Shown here: one piece after another, positions 46,072 to 52,471 of the stretch
Numbering within the stretch: the stretch's first letter is position 1
Layout: every line of letters starts with the position of its first letter
Origin: Patescibacteria group bacterium
Lineage (GTDB): Bacteria; Patescibacteriota; Minisyncoccia; Minisyncoccales; RBG-13-36-15
Reading direction: 5' to 3'
NCBI GenBank assembly: GCA_022574775.1
Contig: JACZRI010000005.1
Coordinates: forward strand, 1 to 52,471
DNA: 52,471 nucleotides
Program-made: the position numbers and the translations under genes
The notes under the pieces: generated by a model
The model's database searches: none
Told to the model about the DNA's origin: nothing
What the model saw: the letters and a program-made list of their open reading frames with translations, nothing else

Positions 46072-47232
46072 ATGAGAGAATCTTTGAAATTTCCAAATGG
46101 ATTTTTATGGGGAACATCCACTTCTGCCTACCAAATTGAGGGTGGAATTGAAAATAATGATTGGTTAAAAGTATATCCAGCAGGATTAGCTTGTGACCAT
46201 TATAATCGGTATGAGGAAGATTTTGATCTCATGAAAAAACTCAATCAAAATGCCTACCGTTTTTCTATTGAATGGTCAAGGATTGAGCCAGAAGAAGGAA
46301 AGTTTAATAAAAAAGAAATTGAGCGCTATTTTAAGATTTCGCAAAGTTTGAAATCACGGGGGATAGAAATAATGGTAACTCTGCATCATTTTACTCTCCC
46401 AGTTTGGCTTGCAAAAATTGGCGGGTTTTCAAATATAAAGTCTATTTTTTATTTTTCTCGTTTTGCTAAAAAGATTTTTTTAGAGTATCAAAATTCAGTT
46501 GATTTTTGGATAACGTTTAACGAGCCTTTAATTTATGCTTCCAAAGGTTATTTAGAAGGAGCTTGGCCGCCCCAAAAAAAGAATCTAATTTTATTTTTAA
46601 AAGTTTTGAAAAATCAAATTGCCAGCCATAAAAAAATTTATCAAGATTTTCATAATACAAAAAGTAATGCAAAAGTAGGAATTGCTAAAAATAATATTTA
46701 TTTTGAGCCGGCAAACAGAAAATCTCCTTTAGATAAATTTTCTGTTTTTTTAGCTCGCTATTTTTGGAACGAATATTTTTTAAATAGAATAGGGAATCGC
46801 TTGGATTTTATCGGTCTTAATTATTATTTTCACAATAAAATCAAATTTCCTTTTCTCAAAAGAAATGAAAACAAAGTGGTGAGCGACGTTGGGTGGGAGG
46901 TTTACCCTGAAGGTATTTATTATGTTTTAAAGGGGCTGAGAAGATATAACCTACCTATATATATTACAGAGAATGGTTTAGCGGATGAGAAAGATAAACT
47001 AAGAACAAATTTTATAAAAGATCACCTTTTTTGGATTCATAAGGCAATTCAGGAAGGAGTTGATGCAAGAGGCTATTTTCACTGGTCTTTAATGGATAAT
47101 TTTGAATGGGAAAAGGGTTTTGACCCGAAATTCGGTTTGGTAGAGATTGATTATAAAACTTTAGAAAGAAAACCCCGCCAGAGCGCATTTTATTACGCGC
47201 AGGTGTGCAAGAATAATTCTTTCATAAAATAA
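46072..47232 (+). CDS. Glycoside hydrolase family 1 (beta-glucosidase-like)
   Basis: FLWG..TSAYQIEG, YRFSIEWSRI, TFNEP, ITENG, WSLMDNFEW. Confidence 0.95.
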   Translation: MRESLKFPNGFLWGTSTSAYQIEGGIENNDWLKVYPAGLACDHYNRYEEDFDLMKKLNQNAYRFSIEWSRIEPEEGKFNKKEIERYFKISQSLKSRGIEIMVTLHHFTLPVWLAKIGGFSNIKSIFYFSRFAKKIFLEYQNSVDFWITFNEPLIYASKGYLEGAWPPQKKNLILFLKVLKNQIASHKKIYQDFHNTKSNAKVGIAKNNIYFEPANRKSPLDKFSVFLARYFWNEYFLNRIGNRLDFIGLNYYFHNKIKFPFLKRNENKVVSDVGWEVYPEGIYYVLKGLRRYNLPIYITENGLADEKDKLRTNFIKDHLFWIHKAIQEGVDARGYFHWSLMDNFEWEKGFDPKFGLVEIDYKTLERKPRQSAFYYAQVCKNNSFIK

Positions 47233-48239
47233 TGCGAAAAATTTTGAAAATTTTTTCGAGGGTTTTAATACTGATATTCCTTATCATTTTAATCTTTCTC
47301 GCCTATCTTTTTATTGGAACTCCTCCGCAAGAAAAGGAACAGGCTTTTGGAGTTAATTTTTCCCAAAAACATGCTAAAGATTTAGGCCTTGATTGGAAAG
47401 AAACCTATTTGGCATTACTTGATGATTTGGGGGCAAAAAAATTAAAGGTAGCTGCGCACTGGGATTTACTTGAGCCCGAAGAAGAAAATTTCTACTTTGA
47501 GGACTTGGACTGGCAGATAAGGGAAGCTGAAAAAAGAGGAGCTAAAATTTTACTGGCCATTGGTATGAAAACTCCTCGTTGGCCAGAATGTCATCTTCCA
47601 GAGTGGGCAAAAAAATTAGAAAAGGAAAAACAGCAGGAAAAAATTTTAAAAATGCTGGAAAAAGTAGTTTTGAGGTACAAGGATTCTTCAGCCATTGAAT
47701 ACTGGCAGGTGGAAAACGAGCCCTTTTTCCGTTTCGGAGATTGCCTCTGGGTGGATAAAAGGTTTTTACAAAAGGAGATAGATTTGGTAAAATCTTTAGA
47801 TTCTTTGAAAAGGCCAATAATCATTACAGATACTGGCGAACTCTCTACCTGGATCACAGCAGCTAAAATGGGAGATAGGGCAGGCACTACTATGTATCGA
47901 AAGGTATGGGTTCGGCAAATCGGCCTTTATCTTTCCTATCCCTATCCACCGGCTTTTTACTGGAGAAGAGCCCGGATTATAAAGATGTTATTTGACAAGG
48001 AAGTAATGGTGGTTGAGCTTCAGGCAGAACCTTGGGGGCCAAAATTACTGTATGATTCTCCCTTGGAAGAACAGGAAAAGACTATGAATTTGGAGCAGTT
48101 TAAAAAGAATATTGAGTTTGCCAAAAAAACAGGCCTCAAAGAATTCTACTTATGGGGAGGGGAGTGGATTTATTGGATGAAGAAGGTTCAAAATAAGCCT
48201 GAAATATGGAATGAGGCCAAGAAGTTATTCGATTCTTAG
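47232..48239 (+). CDS. Membrane-anchored clan GH-A glycoside hydrolase
   Basis: N-terminal TM; KTPRWPECHLPEW, WQVENEP, ELQAEPW. Confidence 0.75.
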   Translation: MRKILKIFSRVLILIFLIILIFLAYLFIGTPPQEKEQAFGVNFSQKHAKDLGLDWKETYLALLDDLGAKKLKVAAHWDLLEPEEENFYFEDLDWQIREAEKRGAKILLAIGMKTPRWPECHLPEWAKKLEKEKQQEKILKMLEKVVLRYKDSSAIEYWQVENEPFFRFGDCLWVDKRFLQKEIDLVKSLDSLKRPIIITDTGELSTWITAAKMGDRAGTTMYRKVWVRQIGLYLSYPYPPAFYWRRARIIKMLFDKEVMVVELQAEPWGPKLLYDSPLEEQEKTMNLEQFKKNIEFAKKTGLKEFYLWGGEWIYWMKKVQNKPEIWNEAKKLFDS

Positions 48240-48249
48240 AAGTTTTACT

Positions 48250-48327
48250 CACTTAAACATCTGAACATTTTAACATTTAGATATATTTGGATGTTTATAT
48301 GTTTATATGCTTAAATGCTAATATGCT
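48250..48327. repeat. Inverted array of degenerate 8-nt repeats
   Basis: ttaaacat-ctgaacat-tttaacat ... atgtttat-atgtttat-atgcttaa-atgctaat-atgct; the last unit supplies the GT2 ATG. Confidence 0.7.
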
Positions 48328-49204
48328 GTCAATAATTATTCCAACTCTTAACGAAGAAAAGTATCTTCCTTTATTACTGAACTCTATTAAGGAGCAGAAT
48401 TTTAAGGATTACGAGATTATCTTGTCCGATGCGGGTTCTGAAGATAGAACGATAGAGATTGCAAAAAGTTACGGGTGTAGAGTTGTAAAAGGAGGTTTGC
48501 CTGCAAAAGGAAGAAATCAAGGGGCTCGAGTAGCTAACGGAGATTTGCTTTTGTTCTTAGATTCTGACACATTGCTTCCAGAAGGTTTCTTAAATAGGGC
48601 GTTGCAGGAGTTTACCGAAAGGGGTTTGGATGTAGCAGGATGCGGACTTGAACCAATCCAAGAAGAGTGGATGCCAAAGTTTCTTTTTCCAAAATTTGGC
48701 TATGATCTTTTCTATAATTGGCCGGCCAGGTTTTTAGAGGGTGTATTTCCTTATGCAGCCAGCCTTTTCTTGGTTAAAAGAGAAATAAATGAACGATTGG
48801 GAGGGTTTGATGAAACTATAAAAATTTCCGAAGATCATAGTTATGTGCGAAGAGCATCCAAAATTGGCAAGTTTGGTATTTTAAAGTTTTCAAAACTCCC
48901 ACTTTTTTTAAGAAGATTTCAAAAAGAAGGCATTATGAAAACTGGTTTAAAATATATTTTCTGCAATCTTTTTAATATTTCCCTGGGTGACGTGAGAACT
49001 AATATTTTTAACTACAATTTTGGGCAGTACAAACAGATAGTTTCCACAGGGGAGAAAAATTCTAAAAAACCAAACTTTTTACTGCAGTTTTTATGGATTA
49101 TTACAGGTTATGCTATTGTTGTTTTTGGTTTGATTACTTGGTTGCTAATTTTTCTGATTTTTTCTCCGAAACTTATTGCTGTACGGTTTAAGAAAAATAA
49201 CTAA
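48323..49204 (+). CDS. Glycosyltransferase family 2
   Basis: LSIIIPTLNEE, DAGSEDRT, GRNQGA, FLDSD, GGFDE, SED. Confidence 0.92.
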   Translation: MLSIIIPTLNEEKYLPLLLNSIKEQNFKDYEIILSDAGSEDRTIEIAKSYGCRVVKGGLPAKGRNQGARVANGDLLLFLDSDTLLPEGFLNRALQEFTERGLDVAGCGLEPIQEEWMPKFLFPKFGYDLFYNWPARFLEGVFPYAASLFLVKREINERLGGFDETIKISEDHSYVRRASKIGKFGILKFSKLPLFLRRFQKEGIMKTGLKYIFCNLFNISLGDVRTNIFNYNFGQYKQIVSTGEKNSKKPNFLLQFLWIITGYAIVVFGLITWLLIFLIFSPKLIAVRFKKNN

Positions 49205-49221
49205 ATACAATCCTAAAAAAC

Positions 49222-50454
49222 ATGGAAAAACAAATTTATTTAGATTATGCGGCAACCACTTCTATTGATCCCAAGGTTTTGGAGAAAATGATGCCTTATC
49301 TAAAGGCTGACTATGGCAATCCTTCTTCCATTTATACTTTGGGGCAAAAATCTTTAGCTGCAATTGATGAGGCTAGAGAAAGCATATCTCGATTTTTAGG
49401 ATGCCAGTTTTCTGAAGTTGTTTTCACGGGATCTGCCACTGAAGCCAATAATTTAGCCGTTTTTGGAGTAATCCGCCTTTGCCAAGGCTTTGGCGGACAA
49501 GTAAAAAATAGAAACCAAAAATTACATATTATTACTTCAAAAATAGATCATCATTCTGTTTTGGAGCCTTTCCAGGTTTTAAAAAAGAAAGGAGTTGAGA
49601 TAACATATCTTCCAGTAGACAGGGCGGGATTAATTAGTATATCTGATTTAGAAAAAGCTCTTTTGCCAGAAACGGTCATGGTTTCCATAATGTATGCCAA
49701 CAATGAAATCGGCACTATTCAACCCATCGCTGAAATCGGCAAAATACTAAAAGCTAAAAGCTCAAACCTGAAAGCTAAAATATATTTCCATACTGATGCT
49801 GTCCAGGCTGCAAATTATTTGGATTGTAACGTCAATCGTCTTGGAGTTGATCTCTTGACTTTAAGCGCCCACAAGACTTATGGGCCAAAAGGAGTAGGGG
49901 CTCTTTTTGTGAAGGAAGGAGTAGAAATTACGCCCTTAATTTTCGGCGGGGGTCACGAATTTGGATTTAGGTCGGGAACTGAGAATGTGGCAGGTATTGC
50001 AGGTTTTGGGAAAGCGATTGAAAAAGTGGGAAACCTGAAGCCTGCTGCTTCTGGCGTTGCCTCTGGCGAGCCTCGCCTTGGGCGGGAAGTAGAAAGAATA
50101 AAAAAATTACGAGACAGATTAATTAGTGAGATTTTGAAAAATATTTCTGGCTCAAAGCTTAATGGTTCTTTGGAGCATCGGCTTCCAAATAATACAAACT
50201 TTTCCTTTAAAGGAATAGAGGGTGAGAGTTTGGTTATTGCTTTAGATCAAGAAAGAATAGCAGTTTCCACAGGATCTGCTTGTTCCGCGAAAACTTTAAA
50301 GCCATCTCATGTTCTTTTAGCCTTAGGATTGTCTGAAAAGGAGGCTTTGTCTTCTCTGCGATTGACGCTTGGCAGGTACACTACAACAAAGGAAATTGAG
50401 ACTACTTTAAAAGTTTTGCCAAAAATTGTTGAAAGATTGAGAAAAATATCTTAA
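49222..50454 (+). CDS. iscS: Cysteine desulfurase (IscS/NifS group I)
   Basis: YLDYAATT, ANNEIGT, HTDAVQ, SAHK.YGPKG, STGSACS. Confidence 0.94.
   Translation: MEKQIYLDYAATTSIDPKVLEKMMPYLKADYGNPSSIYTLGQKSLAAIDEARESISRFLGCQFSEVVFTGSATEANNLAVFGVIRLCQGFGGQVKNRNQKLHIITSKIDHHSVLEPFQVLKKKGVEITYLPVDRAGLISISDLEKALLPETVMVSIMYANNEIGTIQPIAEIGKILKAKSSNLKAKIYFHTDAVQAANYLDCNVNRLGVDLLTLSAHKTYGPKGVGALFVKEGVEITPLIFGGGHEFGFRSGTENVAGIAGFGKAIEKVGNLKPAASGVASGEPRLGREVERIKKLRDRLISEILKNISGSKLNGSLEHRLPNNTNFSFKGIEGESLVIALDQERIAVSTGSACSAKTLKPSHVLLALGLSEKEALSSLRLTLGRYTTTKEIETTLKVLPKIVERLRKIS
49472..49501 (+). repeat. Family D palindrome in-frame within iscS
   Basis: tccgcctttgccaaggctttggcggacaag, 30 bp, colinear with the topA inner element. 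Confidence 0.85.
50041..50087 (+). repeat. Family A palindrome in-frame within iscS
   Basis: Encodes PAASGVASGEPRLGRE; matches 38902-38936 reversed. Confidence 0.88.
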
Positions 50455-50598
50455 AATAAGAAGGCCCCGCGAAGCGCGAGGCGTTTTGACAGAGAGCTCT
50501 CGTTGCTCATCTTAAAGGTACATAAAATGTTCATCCCCTGACTTGAGTCAATAGCTCTCACCTCTATTCTTCATCTAAAACGCCATTTTAAATAAATT

Positions 50599-51858
50599 AT
50601 GTCAATTTATCAGTTACCAAAATTTGAACTTTCTAAGTTGAAACCTCCGAAAATTAAAATTTCCTTACGGAGAAATAAAATTTTAACTATTATTGGTCTA
50701 ATTTTCATTTCCTCTTTCTTCGGATTTTTGGCAGGCGTCTTATCAATCAACCTTTTTTATTCAGATATTATAGACATTGCTCAAGAATCTCCATCTCAAA
50801 TTGTTGAAAAAGAGCCTGACGTATTATCTGGATATCCTCCGCAGACCATTCAAGAGCAAGCCGTAATCTCAGTAGTAAAAAGGGTTTCACCTGCCGTGGT
50901 GAGCATCATTATTACCAAAGATCTTCCTATCATTGAAGAATTTTTCATTTCTCCCTTTGAAGAGTTTAAGATTCCAAGAGGAACTCAAAAAAGAGAAATA
51001 GGCGGAGGAACTGGTTTTATTGTATCTGAAGATGGACTAATTCTAACAAACAGGCATGTGGTTTCAATTGAAGGAGCAGATTATACTATTTTAACGAATG
51101 ACGGAAGAAGACTCCCAGCTACCGTTTTAGCCAGAGATCCCGGTCAGGATTTAGCTGTAATGAAAATTGAAAGTGAAGAGATTTTTTCACAAGTTTCACT
51201 TGGCAATTCTGACAATTTAGAAATTGGACAGACTGTTATTGCTATTGGAAATTCTTTGGGGGAGTTTCGGAATACAGTTTCTGTTGGAGTAATTTCGGGC
51301 TTGGGACGAACGGTGACAGCTTCAGGCGGGGGAATAGTGGAAACTCTTACTGATATCATTCAAACTGACGCTGCTATTAATAGGGGAAATTCAGGAGGAC
51401 CTCTCTTGAATTTAAGAGGAGAAGTGATTGGGGTGAATACTGCCGTAGTTCTGGGAGCAGAAAACATTGGTTTTGCAATTCCTATTAATAAGGCCAAGAA
51501 AGATATTGAGCAGGTAAAAACCCTTGGAAAGATTGTGTATCCCTTTTTAGGAGTTCGCTATGTAATAATCACAGATGAAATTCAGAGAGAAAGTAGCTTA
51601 TCTGTAAATTATGGAGCTTGGGTTATTAAAGGATCAAGGCCAGGTGAGACAGCAATTTTTCCTGGATCCGTAGCTGAAGAAATAGGTTTGAAAGAAGGGG
51701 ATATCATTCTGGAATTTAATGGCGAGAAAATTACAACGGAGAATACTTTGGCAAAAATTATTATGAAATATAATCCAGGAGATGAGATTTCTCTGAAAAT
51801 TTTAAGAAACAGCAAAGAGATAATATTTCAAGTCACTTTGGGAGAGAAAAGTGGATAG
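50599..51858 (+). CDS. HtrA/DegP family serine protease
   Basis: N-terminal TM; GTGFI, TNRHV, DLAV, QTDAAINRGNSGGPL; PDZ domain. Confidence 0.95.
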   Translation: MSIYQLPKFELSKLKPPKIKISLRRNKILTIIGLIFISSFFGFLAGVLSINLFYSDIIDIAQESPSQIVEKEPDVLSGYPPQTIQEQAVISVVKRVSPAVVSIIITKDLPIIEEFFISPFEEFKIPRGTQKREIGGGTGFIVSEDGLILTNRHVVSIEGADYTILTNDGRRLPATVLARDPGQDLAVMKIESEEIFSQVSLGNSDNLEIGQTVIAIGNSLGEFRNTVSVGVISGLGRTVTASGGGIVETLTDIIQTDAAINRGNSGGPLLNLRGEVIGVNTAVVLGAENIGFAIPINKAKKDIEQVKTLGKIVYPFLGVRYVIITDEIQRESSLSVNYGAWVIKGSRPGETAIFPGSVAEEIGLKEGDIILEFNGEKITTENTLAKIIMKYNPGDEISLKILRNSKEIIFQVTLGEKSG

Positions 51859-51948
51859 GGTTGTCTTGAACTTTTGTTTTATGGAGGCTTTTGATAAAAT
51901 AAAGATAAACATCGACTTACCTAGAATTTAATTAATGAAAATTGAATA

Positions 51949-52083
51949 ATGCCAAAAGAGAATTTAATAAATTTTATTAAAGAGAGGTTGACCAAGGGTT
52001 TCAATAAAAAGGAAATTAAAGAAGCTCTTTTAGATACAGGATTCAGTCAAGAGGAAATAGAAGAAGCTATGAAAGGGATTTGA
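51949..52083 (+). CDS. Short or truncated helical protein (MPKENLINFIKERLTKGFNKKEIKEALLDTGFSQEEIEEAMKGI)
   Basis: Own translation; resembles a small N-terminal helical module that usually precedes a longer protein. Confidence 0.5.
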   Translation: MPKENLINFIKERLTKGFNKKEIKEALLDTGFSQEEIEEAMKGI

Positions 52084-52283
52084 CAATTAACTCTGAGAAT
52101 AAAAGTCCTTTGCAGTTATTTACTCAACGACAAGGTTTGATTGATAATTCTCAAGCTGCTGCTATTAACAAACAACAATCAGAATTACAAAAAACGATTG
52201 CTAATGGTGGGAGAAGTGAATTAGACGCAAAGTTTGCAGAAGCATTGTTTCCCAAGCAAGTTGTTACTGGAGGTGTACAATGA
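52080..52283 (+). CDS. Probable 3' fragment of a phage scaffold-like gene
   Basis: ORF track; its stop overlaps the next ATG (ATGA) and it contains that gene's GGAGGTG SD. Confidence 0.35.
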   Translation: MTINSENKSPLQLFTQRQGLIDNSQAAAINKQQSELQKTIANGGRSELDAKFAEALFPKQVVTGGVQ

Positions 52284-52471
52284 AATCGATTGCTGAATTA
52301 ATACAAAAACAAAATGCAAGAAGTCAGGCTTTGCTTGTTGCTGGTGTTACAGATCAATCTACAACTCAAATTACAGAAACTATTCCTCAGGCATGGATGA
52401 GTGAAGTTATAAAGTATGGCGAAGCTCTAAGAATTTTAGACCAGTTTGCTATTGTCAATAAAGAGTTAGTT
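52280..52471 (+). CDS. Putative phage major capsid protein, N-terminus (runs off the window)
   Basis: GGAGGTG SD; MKSIAELIQ...TETIPQAWMSEVIKYGEALRILDQFAIVNKELV resembles the HK97-fold 'IP..W...I' N-arm pattern. Confidence 0.45.
   Translation, partial: MKSIAELIQKQNARSQALLVAGVTDQSTTQITETIPQAWMSEVIKYGEALRILDQFAIVNKELV

Noticed and set aside
310-52471. Alternative genetic code (TGA recoding as in Gracilibacteria/Absconditabacteria)
   Set aside because: Conserved genes are full length under code 11 and TGA serves as a normal stop (hisS, folD-overlapping glyA, yqeY, pth)

Overview
AT-rich, gene-dense chromosome segment of a small-genome bacterium. Gene content and style fit Patescibacteria/CPR (Parcubacteria-like); this is inferred. 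Most of it is housekeeping: six aminoacyl-tRNA synthetases (ileS, glyQS, metG, leuS, hisS, tyrS), recO, rsmI, tatD, udg and mutY-like glycosylases, glmS-yvcK-BadF kinase, tsaC/tsaD, glyA/folD, tRNA-Leu(CAA), topA, dprA, a short mfd, pth, lepB, hit, rpsU, yqeY, ybeY, ftsA/ftsZ, comEC, two glycoside hydrolases, a GT2, iscS and htrA. The unusual features are outside the gene list. (1) Several families of short GC-rich palindromic elements sit in-frame inside conserved genes (metG, rsmI, leuS, topA, pth, hisS, iscS, yqeY, lepB) as well as between genes; one is nested inside a copy of itself. (2) A layer of 7- and 8-nt periodic repeats occurs in both intergenic and coding DNA. (3) Three or four intergenic segments have long closing stems, three with their own promoter, and look like unannotated ncRNAs. 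(4) There is an acyl-carrier-protein pseudogene missed by the ORF track, a stranded duplicate glyQS 5' end, and a GC-rich frameshifted CAP gene. (5) The last ~400 bp switch abruptly into phage-like scaffold/capsid sequence. No CRISPR array, rRNA or transposase was seen.
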